64,000 nucleotides of DNA, from IMG/VR virus record IMGVR_UViG_3300028558_000029, positions 356-64,355 of that record. One strand, 5' to 3'. The position numbers were made by a program, and so were the translations under genes. Positions within the stretch are counted from its first letter, which is position 1. Each line of letters opens with the position of its first letter. This DNA is from a virus (Duplodnaviria > Caudoviricetes). The notes under the pieces were generated by a model. The model made no database searches and was not told where the DNA came from. It worked only from the letters and a program-made list of their open reading frames with translations. Below are positions 53,969 to 62,866 of this stretch, one piece after another.

Positions 53969-55018
53969 TTAGGCGATTTCGTCGTCCAGGGGCTGGACGG
54001 GACTGGCGATGCGACAGGAGTCGCCAAGGCTTTCGATGTGCTTCGCCATGTCGATGATCAGGGTTGCCGCGCGGTACGGATAGCGATTAATGACGGCGCA
54101 GATTTGCCGGTATGTCATCTGCGCCAAATCTTCCGGGCTATAGCCGGTCGTGGGCATCTGTGGCAAATCGACGTCGTCATAGATGCCGGGGCGGAGATAG
54201 GCTTTCTTGTGGTTATCCGCCGCGCGTTGGGCGGGGGTTTTGTCCGCCCATGTCACCTTGGTTTCGCCAGTCGACATGACGGTTACTTTGGGGTCCGCCG
54301 TAGTGCCGTCAGTCGTTTCCGGGGCCGTGGAAGGCGACGGAGTCTTGGCGCCTGTGGTCGCCGGCAGGTTGGCGTCCTTCGCCTTGCTGGCGCTACTGTA
54401 GGAGCGCGAATAGCTATAGCCGTCTGCGTCCACCCACGTATGCGAAGCGTGGTCCCAATGTCCGCCGCTGTACGTGTTGACATACGGTTGATAGTTCGAA
54501 TTGCTGAACCTTGCACCGCTCTTGTCCTTGACCCATCGGCCCACAAAGATCGATTTTCCGGCCTTGTTCAGGAACACGAGTCGATTGCCTTCGGTGACGG
54601 ACTTCAACCCCTTGGCTCCCCACGTCTTGGGATCGAACACCATGCCGGGGCGCGACTCGACGTAGGGTCGAAGCATGTCGGCGAACGCGGCCGTGTCAGA
54701 TTTGTGCTCATCCGGGATAGGCACAGAGATGACTCCGTTGTGCATGAGATGCACGCCCGCGCCGCAGTCGAAAGGGTGGCAATTGGACTCGTCCTTGTCG
54801 CCATGGGTGCGCCAGCGGAAATGGATGAACAGCGTGCGGCGCTTGAGTTTGTCATACTCTTTCATGAATTCGTCGAAGGTGCCCATCGACTTGATCGTTT
54901 CGACCTTCGCGCCGGTTGCGAACATGATCCCGTAGCCATCCGGATTCTGGTAATAGCATCGGCGCAGGGTGGACTCTTCCAGGGCGACGTCATGTGGCTT
55001 GGCGATGATGATACACAT
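53969..55018 (-). CDS. class II glutamine amidotransferase
   Basis: MC N-terminus, NPDGYG, HFRWRTHG, NCHPF, HNGVI, SDT. Confidence 0.9.
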   Translation of the reverse strand: MCIIIAKPHDVALEESTLRRCYYQNPDGYGIMFATGAKVETIKSMGTFDEFMKEYDKLKRRTLFIHFRWRTHGDKDESNCHPFDCGAGVHLMHNGVISVPIPDEHKSDTAAFADMLRPYVESRPGMVFDPKTWGAKGLKSVTEGNRLVFLNKAGKSIFVGRWVKDKSGARFSNSNYQPYVNTYSGGHWDHASHTWVDADGYSYSRSYSSASKAKDANLPATTGAKTPSPSTAPETTDGTTADPKVTVMSTGETKVTWADKTPAQRAADNHKKAYLRPGIYDDVDLPQMPTTGYSPEDLAQMTYRQICAVINRYPYRAATLIIDMAKHIESLGDSCRIASPVQPLDDEIA

Positions 55019-55047
55019 GGGTTGACTCCTATTTCGAGTGGAATGGT

Positions 55048-56415
55048 TCAGGCTTGATCGGTAACGACTGCCGGCGCATTCGGTGCCGGGTTGCGGTTCA
55101 GGCGGATATAGCCGCGCCTGTCCAGCCACGTCGCCAGATTTGGGTAGAGTCCGACTTGCTGGGGCGTGCAGACAAACCGGCAGAAAGACGGGATGTCCAA
55201 GTCACGGTTAGAGGTTGCCATGGCGAATCCCGCCGCTGCCGCCGTGAATTCCAGGTTCTTGAAAAAGCCCAGCTTGGCGACGTTGGACTTGAAGATGCGG
55301 ACTTCCACGGTTGCGCGCGTATGACCGCTGATCGACACGGCGTCGTAATGATCCGTGTAGTTCAGTGCGCCATCCGAGACTTTCTTTGGACTCCGCCGAC
55401 AGTATTCGTTCTGATCGCGCCCGGCGATTTCGGACATGAATCGATTGTTGGCGGGATCGGTTATGAACGCCATGAGTCGGCCGATGCCTAGCTTGCTCAT
55501 CGATGCGCGGGCGATATGGACGTGCATGCCGCAGTTCCGGGCGCGAAACCCGGACAACTTGGGCGCGGTTTCGGCAAAGAACCTGTCCCACGCGGTTTGA
55601 TGGTAGGCCAGCGTCGCCGGAACGGTACAGATTTCGAATCCGTTGGAAACACTGCCGTCGTGCTTCGCAATGGCGAATTCGCCGAGCGTGTCCCGGAACG
55701 AACGGAATCCGTCGTCTATGCCGTACCCGTCGCGCGGACATACCTCCAGCTCGACTCCGAGGAACATGGTCTGATCCATCTTGCGCTCGGTGGACGCGAC
55801 CAGGAACGACGGCAGGCGTTGAATCGGGTTGGCGGAATAGCTGAGAAGCTGATCCTGCTGGCGTGCGCGGTGCTCGGATCGAAGATAATAGATGCCGTCG
55901 TCTTCATCCTGGACGTAGTGGTCGCACCGGCAATTGGCGCAGATGGTGATGTGCCGGCCGGCATGCTGCGCTTGCCAGAACCATCCAAGCGGCAGGCTTT
56001 CGACTCCGCAGTGTCCGCACGTTGCGGGCTGGCCATAACTACGGAGTCTGATCGGCCCGCGCTCTCCGGTCATACGCGCGTGTCCGCCGTTACGATCAAT
56101 CCATCGCCAAACCGGCTCACGGATTGTGTCGGACTCGGGGTAGACATCGGAGCCAACCAGGACGAAAGTCTGACCGCGTGTGTTGTGGTTCAGCCAATCG
56201 CGGACTCGCGTGCGGTGCCAGATGGTTTCAGTGCCGGTCAGGCCGTTGGCGAATTGACGGGTAAGTAGCGCGATGGCGTCGCGGTCCCATCGGCCGCGCC
56301 GGCACATGTCGATTGCCCATCGAATCGCGATGTACTGGCGACGCTTGATCGCGTGCCGAATCTGCCCGTGACGATCCTGGTACATACCGGCCGGGATGCC
56401 TGGATTGCGTGGCAT
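55048..56415 (-). CDS. amidoligase (Amidoligase_2, COOH-NH2 ligase fold)
   Basis: GVELEV, KHDGSV..GFE, CGMHVHI, TVEVRIF. Confidence 0.85.
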   Translation of the reverse strand: MPRNPGIPAGMYQDRHGQIRHAIKRRQYIAIRWAIDMCRRGRWDRDAIALLTRQFANGLTGTETIWHRTRVRDWLNHNTRGQTFVLVGSDVYPESDTIREPVWRWIDRNGGHARMTGERGPIRLRSYGQPATCGHCGVESLPLGWFWQAQHAGRHITICANCRCDHYVQDEDDGIYYLRSEHRARQQDQLLSYSANPIQRLPSFLVASTERKMDQTMFLGVELEVCPRDGYGIDDGFRSFRDTLGEFAIAKHDGSVSNGFEICTVPATLAYHQTAWDRFFAETAPKLSGFRARNCGMHVHIARASMSKLGIGRLMAFITDPANNRFMSEIAGRDQNEYCRRSPKKVSDGALNYTDHYDAVSISGHTRATVEVRIFKSNVAKLGFFKNLEFTAAAAGFAMATSNRDLDIPSFCRFVCTPQQVGLYPNLATWLDRRGYIRLNRNPAPNAPAVVTDQA

Positions 56416-56532
56416 GTCCTGTTTCCTCTTGTGCGGCTTGCTGGCGGGATTGCCGGCTTACCTGACGCCTTGGCCCGGCGCGGGGTTGTCATGTCCCGGC
56501 CGGGCTGGCGATTGGCTTGTGGTGGCGTTGGG

Positions 56533-57141
56533 CTAGTCGCCCGCGTCGCCACCATCAACGCCCATTTCGCCATGGTTAGGGCAATGCGGTGCGCCAACGT
56601 CGGTTAACCATTTACGTGTCGTCCGAACCACGTAACCACAATCGCCGCATTCGCATTTGACCATACGAGTCGTCTGCTTCTTCTCGCCTTCTGGCATGGC
56701 AATGATGCGAGCGTGCGGGATGTTGCCCAGGTCGGCGATGACTCGTTGCGCGTGCCGTGTAAACGACTCGCCGGCCTTTGTGGCTGTCGCCTTGCCTTCC
56801 AGGCCGATGGATCGGACAAGCGGGACAAACGGCCCCTTGTGTCCGACTCCTGGCCCAAGCGCCAAATGGGCCAACTCATGGGCCAGCGTCGCCAGCACGT
56901 CCACCGAGTCCACGCGGTCAAGGCGTGGCGAGATGAATATCTGGCCGATGCCGTCAGCCGTTGCTGTACCGTGCCACGCTTGCCCAATGATGGCTTTGCG
57001 GGCGCGAGTCCCGCCCTTGTCCGGCCATCCGATGCTGATTCGTACCTGTCGGGGCAGGGGATGGCCGGCTTGAGCGTAGAGCGGGCGCAATTGCTCGGTT
57101 GCGCGCTCAAGCCATGCTTCGCGAGTCTGGGGTTGCGACAC
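56533..57141 (-). CDS. SprT-like HExxH metallopeptidase with C-terminal Zn ribbon
   Basis: TREAWL, LAHELAH...GHKGPF, KQTTRMVKCEC..CGY. Confidence 0.8.
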   Translation of the reverse strand: MSQPQTREAWLERATEQLRPLYAQAGHPLPRQVRISIGWPDKGGTRARKAIIGQAWHGTATADGIGQIFISPRLDRVDSVDVLATLAHELAHLALGPGVGHKGPFVPLVRSIGLEGKATATKAGESFTRHAQRVIADLGNIPHARIIAMPEGEKKQTTRMVKCECGDCGYVVRTTRKWLTDVGAPHCPNHGEMGVDGGDAGD

Positions 57142-57145
57142 GGTG

Positions 57146-57379
57146 CTATTCCTCCGCGTTAAGTAAGCGGTATAGTTCGGCGCGATACCTGGAAACAAGC
57201 GCAGCGCCGTCACCTTCCCGCATGAATTGATTGGTCATGTGTGTTATTTGGTTATTTATTTCCGAGTCTGACGCGGGATAGCCCTCGTTGCGACATTCCA
57301 CAATCCAGCTAAAGGTTAGGCGCGCCTCATCCTCTGGCCAATTGGATTCCGCCTCTTGCATCATACGGGCATATGACAT
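57146..57379 (-). CDS. hypothetical protein
   Basis: GGAGG SD; operon position. Confidence 0.6.
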   Translation of the reverse strand: MSYARMMQEAESNWPEDEARLTFSWIVECRNEGYPASDSEINNQITHMTNQFMREGDGAALVSRYRAELYRLLNAEE

Positions 57380-57382
57380 GGC

Positions 57383-57565
57383 CTATTCCTCCGCGTGTAT
57401 GGCGCTAGCGATACCGCGCGCGCCCTCGAACACATCGTCATAGCGTGCGAAATCGGCATCGATGCCAGCGGACACGCGGTCGAGGCGATCCGCCTCCGCA
57501 CGCTGGACTCGAATGATCCTGGCGATGGCCGGACGGTTGATGATGATGATTCGCTTGGTTTGCAT
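57383..57565 (-). CDS. hypothetical protein
   Basis: AGGAG SD. Confidence 0.55.
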   Translation of the reverse strand: MQTKRIIIINRPAIARIIRVQRAEADRLDRVSAGIDADFARYDDVFEGARGIASAIHAEE

Positions 57566-57576
57566 GGTGTGGACTC

Positions 57577-57786
57577 CTATTCGCCCTTGGTTTCATCGTA
57601 CGCGCGCCACGTGGCGACCGCCGCCGCAATCCTGTCGGCATCTTCATATGACAGGTACAGAATCTCCCCTCCCGTAGTGAGGAGGCGGATTGTTTTGTTT
57701 CGGCAGGATGAGACATTGGTGATGATTTTACCTATGTCCCTGTCTTTGCTTTCGCGCCCGGTGCGGCTTGTCCTGGCTATTTTCAT
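57577..57786 (-). CDS. hypothetical protein
   Basis: GAGG SD before MKIART. Confidence 0.55.
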   Translation of the reverse strand: MKIARTSRTGRESKDRDIGKIITNVSSCRNKTIRLLTTGGEILYLSYEDADRIAAAVATWRAYDETKGE

Positions 57787-57802
57787 CGCCTCTCTCCGTT
57801 CC

Positions 57803-58018
57803 TTAGCGTATGCGCAGAATGTCTGCCGGCGATTCGCCCGTATCCTCTCCCCATTGATCGCGCGGCGCGAGGCGCTGTCCGCTGCTATTGTAGTCAGCCC
57901 CGCAATCGTCACAGGTGTTCGTAAAGCCGCGCAGCACAACATGCGCATTGCAGTCGCACCGCCCGACTCGCGGGGATCCGGGATATTCAGCATTGCGCTG
58001 TCTGATAATCATGATCAT
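57803..58018 (-). CDS. small Zn-binding hypothetical protein
   Basis: CDC...CDDCGADYNSSGQ.LAPR.QWGE.TGE; first gene after promoter. Confidence 0.7.
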   Translation of the reverse strand: MIMIIRQRNAEYPGSPRVGRCDCNAHVVLRGFTNTCDDCGADYNSSGQRLAPRDQWGEDTGESPADILRIR

Positions 58019-58064
58019 TTGTTCTATCTCCGTTCCTATCGCGGTCAGCCGCGATGGCCCATTC

Positions 58065-58093
58065 AAGCTAGTGCAAATCTGCACCGGTTGCAA
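58065..58093 (-). promoter_or_regulatory. leftward promoter TTGCAA-17-TAGCTT with operator GTGCAAATCTGCAC in spacer
   Basis: Operator at 58071-58084. Confidence 0.65.
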
Positions 58094-58526
58094 GCCTCGC
58101 GATGAGAGGAATCGCCCACTCGCACGAATGCAATGGTTGTGCCATGGCGATTCCAGCGTCGATTGAGCGGCGGAATCCCCCATCGCCGACATGAGACAGA
58201 ATTGCGTGTAATGGCAAAATGTATAGCAATGTCATGGCGTTATGTTGAAACTCTCAACCATGCGAGTGTTGACTGAGTCCACAACATTTTGATCGATCGA
58301 TGGCTATTCGGTGGGTCGATTAGGATTCTGACCGCCCGGAAAGCCGCAGAAACCCTGGATTTAGGTGCTGAACTGGCGAAGGCAAGTTTTAAGCTATAAC
58401 TGGCCGGTCAGGATCAAACCGGCCTGTAGGCCTGTTAAAACGCAATTGCGGGGCTATGGGGTTTGCGTGGTTGTGGCGACTGGTGAGAGAGGCGAGTCCA
58501 TCAATCGAAAACATCGATTGATCGTG

Positions 58527-59039
58527 CTAGCGCTGATTCCAGCGGCGCCCGGAGCGGGGGATTGATCCTTCGCCATCGCGTTGTCTGACGATCATGGCTC
58601 CACCCATTCGAGCGATCACGGCCTGCTGTCGGATGATCTCAGAGTCGATCTCTGCGAGTATGGCGATTGCATCATTTACACGTTCAGCAATGACGTGTCG
58701 TAGGGCTGCCAGAGCAACGATTGGCGCATGTCTTCCGTACCTGTGCCACCGCTTAACCGTGATGGTGGAGTAGCCTGGCACAAGCATCTGAATGAGTTTC
58801 CATCGGCCAGGGCAATCCCAATGTGTTGCATATGGAGCGAGCCACATAACCGCCCGTGACCAGGGGCCGCGTCCTGCCTCAATAGCCGGGGACGACTGCC
58901 ACCGGGCTTCGCGCCTGATGCGGTTTCTGTTTACACGATCTACTCGCTCCGCGAGCGCGGCGCGCACAGCGTCTGGCGCGGGAATTGCATTGGCGCGCGG
59001 AACTGGCTTGACGAGGGTGGATGTGGCGTCTAGTGGCAC
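58527..59039 (-). CDS. possible hypothetical protein
   Basis: 170-aa ORF in an otherwise non-coding gap; weak SD. Confidence 0.35.
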   Translation of the reverse strand: MPLDATSTLVKPVPRANAIPAPDAVRAALAERVDRVNRNRIRREARWQSSPAIEAGRGPWSRAVMWLAPYATHWDCPGRWKLIQMLVPGYSTITVKRWHRYGRHAPIVALAALRHVIAERVNDAIAILAEIDSEIIRQQAVIARMGGAMIVRQRDGEGSIPRSGRRWNQR

Positions 59040-59306
59040 CAGAGTCGACCTACTAGATGTAGTGGGTCATATAATCGAGAAGCACGCTCAACGACTAAGC
59101 CATTGAAATAGGCTGCGATGGTTTTCGCATAATGTGTATTACGGTGCTCATGGTCTATTCCTAGCCTTTCCTGGCTGGTCTGCGGTCGCGCGCGAGCGCG
59201 TCGGACGCGGCGTCTGACAACATTGATGACCCCACCCCCTACGGCCCCCAAAGAAAAATCGTATCGCGCGCCCCGGAAAATTCCGGACTGTTCGTGCTAA
59301 TCGTCC

Positions 59307-59340
59307 TTGACTTCAATTATCCCCATGTGCTTATATGCAC
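59307..59340 (+). promoter_or_regulatory. rightward promoter (TTGACT...TTATAT) with operator GTGCTTATATGCAC
   Basis: Operator at 59327-59340 overlaps -10 region. Confidence 0.55.
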
Positions 59341-59341
59341 A

Positions 59342-59436
59342 TCGATGAGCGGCGTGCCCGCCGCCGAGCCCGGCCCGACCCCCAAAGCCTCGCCAGCTCG
59401 GCTTTCCCCCAGAGCCCCGGTCACGCCGCTCATCGA
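59342..59436 (+). repeat. 15-bp perfect inverted repeat enclosing C-rich structured RNA/leader
   Basis: TCGATGAGCGGCGTG / CACGCCGCTCATCGA; inner GCCGAGC/GCTCGGC. Confidence 0.8.
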
Positions 59437-59455
59437 CATCTGGGGAGATCAATCG

Positions 59456-59662
59456 ATGCCTGAACTCAAGCCCTGCCCCTTCTGCGGCTACCCCGCGCGC
59501 CTATCGGTCGCGCTGGTCCAGCAGGTCTGGCACGGCACCGCCGGCTGCTCGCACTGCACGGCGCAGACGCAAGCGAATGGCGAGACGTATCTATCGACGC
59601 GCGAGGTGACGGCCGAGGGTTGGAACCAGCGCGCGAGGCCGAAGAGAGAGTGGATCATATAG
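59456..59662 (+). CDS. Lar-family restriction alleviation protein
   Basis: ELKPCPFCG...C..C......WNQR. Confidence 0.8.
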   Translation: MPELKPCPFCGYPARLSVALVQQVWHGTAGCSHCTAQTQANGETYLSTREVTAEGWNQRARPKREWII

Positions 59663-59672
59663 GAGAGTGACT

Positions 59673-60584
59673 ATGGGTGGCGGAACCTTTGACCACAATG
59701 CCTATCGTGCCTACGCCTCGACGACCAGGGGGAAGAGTACTGATGAAATTTATCGGGCGCGGGAAATCAATGCCGACCTGAACCCGCTCGGCGTGAAGCT
59801 GCGCGAGTCACGCGACAGTGTTGACAATCCGCGCTCTACGCCGCTCATCGTTGGCATCGATGTGACCGGCAGCATGGGAATCATCGCCGATACGTTGGCT
59901 CGCGAGGGTCTTGGCACCCTGTTCAGGGGTGTTCTGGAGCGCAAGCCAATCTCCGACCCACACGTCATGTTCATGGCGATCGGTGACGCCTATATCGACC
60001 GCGCACCGCTCCAGGTGTCGCAGTTCGAGGCGGACAACCGCATCGTTCAGCAGCTGGCTTCGATTTATCTGGAGCACGGCGGCGGTAGCAACGATTTCGA
60101 GAGCTATAACCTGCCCTGGTATTTCGCCGCGATGCACACGAAGCACGACAGCATGGAGAAACGCGGAAAGCGCGGCTATCTGTTCACGGTTGGCGACGAG
60201 GAGGCACCGAAGGCGTTGACCAAAGAGCAGCTGAAGAAGATTTGCGGAGACGACGCGCAGGCCGATATGTCGAGTCTTGACCTGCTCCACATGGCGCAGC
60301 GCTCCTATGACGTGTTCCACATCGTCATTGAGCAGGGAAGCTACGCCAGTCGCGCCATCGACAGGGTGATGAGCAGCTGGACGCCGTTGCTCGGTCAGCG
60401 TGTGATCCGCCTGTCTGACTACACCAAGCTGGCCGAGACGATCGTCAGTGCGATCGAGGTTGCCGAGGGCCGGGACGCCAGCGATTCGGCTGCTGGTTGG
60501 GGCAGCGGATCGTCGGCTGTCCTGGCGGCGGTAAAGGGTATCGACCGCATCGGTGCGACCAGGGTGCTGGGAGGGCCACGCTGA
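59673..60584 (+). CDS. vWA-domain protein
   Basis: MGGG.F, RESRDS..NP, DVTGSMG MIDAS-like, QVSQFE, GYLFTVGDE. Confidence 0.8.
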   Translation: MGGGTFDHNAYRAYASTTRGKSTDEIYRAREINADLNPLGVKLRESRDSVDNPRSTPLIVGIDVTGSMGIIADTLAREGLGTLFRGVLERKPISDPHVMFMAIGDAYIDRAPLQVSQFEADNRIVQQLASIYLEHGGGSNDFESYNLPWYFAAMHTKHDSMEKRGKRGYLFTVGDEEAPKALTKEQLKKICGDDAQADMSSLDLLHMAQRSYDVFHIVIEQGSYASRAIDRVMSSWTPLLGQRVIRLSDYTKLAETIVSAIEVAEGRDASDSAAGWGSGSSAVLAAVKGIDRIGATRVLGGPR

Positions 60585-61630
60585 TGCGAGCGCGCGTCGT
60601 CATCGGAGCGAACTTCGGCGATGAGGGCAAGGGCCTTGTCACCGACTGGCTTTGCGCTACGCAAGGGGCTGGTGTGGTTGTGCGCTTCAATGGCGGCGCG
60701 CAGGCGGCCCACACGGTGGTCACGCCAGAAGGTGAACGGCATGTGTTTTCGCACTTTGGGTCGGGATCGTTCTTGGGTGTGCCGACCTTTCTGTCGAAGT
60801 TCTTCGTCTGCAATCCGATCGCGTTCTTCGACGAGGCCAGGCAGCTTGACGCGATCGGCGTCACGCCGGATGTCTACGCTCATCCGGACTGTCTGGTCAC
60901 GACCTTCGCCGACATGATTATCAACCAGCGCATGGAGGATGCCCGTGGTGAAGGCCGCCACGGCAGCGTTGGGTTCGGGGTTGGCGAGACGGTGGTTCGC
61001 TCGTCGATGCCGAACCTCCAGATCACCATGAGTGATCTGTGGAACCGCACGTCGCTCAGGGACCGGTTGACTGAAATCTGTACGAAGTATGCGGAATTCC
61101 GGACCGGAGCGCCGATTGAGAAGGCTGATCAGATGATCGAGGCTTTCCTGGCGTGCTGCGAGCGGTTTGCCGAGTCAATTGGCTCGGCCGGCATTGGCCA
61201 GTGCCAGGAACCGGTGTTCGAGGGTGCCCAGGGGCTACTACTGGACCAGGATAACAAGGAGTTCTTTCCTCACGTCACCCGGTCGAGCACTGGCCTGAAG
61301 AATGTCCTGTCGATCTGTAGCGGCACGGAGTTCGGCGACCTGGACATCTATTACGTTTCCAGGACGTACATGACCCGGCACGGTGCCGGTCCACTGCCGG
61401 GGCACGATCCGGCCATGTCGTACCATGACGATACCAACCTGGATCATGCCTACCAGGGAAGGATTCGTTTCGGCAGGCTGGACGGCCCGGCCCTGGTCAA
61501 GCGCTGCACCGCCGATGCGGCTGGACGTGACTTCAAGCTGGTCATGACCCACTGCGACCAGCTTGCGTCGTCGGTCAAGGCTGATGTGTATTCGTTTGGC
61601 CCCAAGAGAACGGACGTGACAGATGGTTAA
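60584..61630 (+). CDS. purA: short divergent adenylosuccinate synthetase-like protein
   Basis: GANFGDEGKG, RFNGGAQAAHT, FEGAQG.LLD, TRS.TG, TRHGAGP. Confidence 0.85.
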   Translation: MRARVVIGANFGDEGKGLVTDWLCATQGAGVVVRFNGGAQAAHTVVTPEGERHVFSHFGSGSFLGVPTFLSKFFVCNPIAFFDEARQLDAIGVTPDVYAHPDCLVTTFADMIINQRMEDARGEGRHGSVGFGVGETVVRSSMPNLQITMSDLWNRTSLRDRLTEICTKYAEFRTGAPIEKADQMIEAFLACCERFAESIGSAGIGQCQEPVFEGAQGLLLDQDNKEFFPHVTRSSTGLKNVLSICSGTEFGDLDIYYVSRTYMTRHGAGPLPGHDPAMSYHDDTNLDHAYQGRIRFGRLDGPALVKRCTADAAGRDFKLVMTHCDQLASSVKADVYSFGPKRTDVTDG

Positions 61631-61692
61631 GATCATCCACCTCGCGATCTTTATCGTCCTCATCCTCCCTAACCTGATCAGCTATCCCGGTC

Positions 61693-61887
61693 ATGGCAAA
61701 GAGATCGAACCGTCGACGCCGCCCAAGCCAGTCTCCTGAACGGCCGTGGGATGGCAAGGCTTTTGATGCCACCGGTCAGCTGACGACGCCGTTGATTGTG
61801 TCGGCGGTGTCGCGGCGGATCATGAAGGGCATCGACGAGATGGAGCCGGAAGAGCGTCGGAAGTGGCATGAGAGCGACAATGGATAA
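61693..61887 (+). CDS. hypothetical protein
   Basis: ORF in operon. Confidence 0.5.
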   Translation: MAKRSNRRRRPSQSPERPWDGKAFDATGQLTTPLIVSAVSRRIMKGIDEMEPEERRKWHESDNG

Positions 61888-62356
61888 TCTGCCCATATTC
61901 CACGGCGGCAAACTGATCGGCAGGATTCGCAACGCGCCGGAGCCGGACAACGCCTATCTGGTGTTCCCTTCGATCGGCCGCCCCCCAAGTATGGCTTACG
62001 GCCAAATGAGGGCACCAGTCACAACTATCATTACCAGCGTCACTGTCAGGCTGGTCAGGGCTGGTGATATCACAATTGGCACGACGGACGATCCTGGCGC
62101 TATGCTGGGCGTCAAGGGCTATGAGCGACTGGTTGGCGGCCTGTTTGTGGGACTGACTGACGAATGGGAGCCAGGCGTCGAGCGTGTGGCGAGGGCTATG
62201 TGTCGTCAATACCTACACGGTGAGCTGGCTGTGGGTGGGGCGTATGAGGCTGTCCTGGAGAAATGTGTCGACCTGGAGTGGTCGTGGCGTTTCGGCAGGC
62301 TCGCCTACGTTGCGATCATGACGATGGAGGGATCGAAGCGTGACGACCGAGGTTGA
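61880..62356 (+). CDS. hypothetical protein
   Basis: VERVARAMC motif; overlap-coupled. Confidence 0.6.
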   Translation: MDNLPIFHGGKLIGRIRNAPEPDNAYLVFPSIGRPPSMAYGQMRAPVTTIITSVTVRLVRAGDITIGTTDDPGAMLGVKGYERLVGGLFVGLTDEWEPGVERVARAMCRQYLHGELAVGGAYEAVLEKCVDLEWSWRFGRLAYVAIMTMEGSKRDDRG

Positions 62357-62642
62357 AGCAAACAGTTTGATCTGTGGCGAGATGTCCAAGCCAGTGGTTC
62401 GCCTCAATGGTGAGGCGGGGCTGTTCAGAGTCCAATGCTACGCATCGCTCTGCGGTCACTGGCGCTGGGCCGAGCCCTCGACAGAAATCAAGGACCTTGC
62501 CCGTGAAGAGGATGTGCCGGAGGGCGAGGGCTGGGTGAAGCAGCCAGGCACGATTAACAAGCACTACCGCTGGTCCCGCCGGAATCCTGACCGGCACGGC
62601 TTCTGCGGGCTGGCTGGAGCGCAGGGAGCGCCGATATCATGA
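62340..62642 (+). CDS. hypothetical protein
   Basis: C..S.C..WRW...GFCGLAG pattern; GGAGG SD. Confidence 0.7.
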   Translation: MTTEVEANSLICGEMSKPVVRLNGEAGLFRVQCYASLCGHWRWAEPSTEIKDLAREEDVPEGEGWVKQPGTINKHYRWSRRNPDRHGFCGLAGAQGAPIS

Positions 62643-62866
62643 GTGACCCGTGGCCGTTTCTGCTGTGCGGTTGGTTTGCTTGCGGGTGGATGGCATCCGC
62701 CGGGTGCGTTGCGGAGTGGCGCGCTCGGTTTAACAGCCACCCCGGAGTGGCGCTCGTTGTGGCGCTGATCGTGTTCGGCCCGGTCGGCCTGCTGACCCAG
62801 GTGACGACGAGCTGGATTGACAATGGTGGCCCGTTTAGCCACGGATTTATCTGGAGTCTGAAATGA
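62639..62866 (+). CDS. small membrane protein
   Basis: Two hydrophobic segments, ATGA coupling. Confidence 0.6.
   Translation: MSDPWPFLLCGWFACGWMASAGCVAEWRARFNSHPGVALVVALIVFGPVGLLTQVTTSWIDNGGPFSHGFIWSLK

Noticed and set aside
59095-59280. Definite cos/pac site or small terminase gene
   Set aside because: The non-coding region has an IHF-like tract and C-runs typical of genome ends, but nothing diagnostic; read data are needed
60584-61630. PurZ / 2-aminoadenine (Z) genome pathway
   Set aside because: The P-loop is GDEGKG (PurA-type Asp), and no DatZ, MazZ or phage DNA polymerase was recognised
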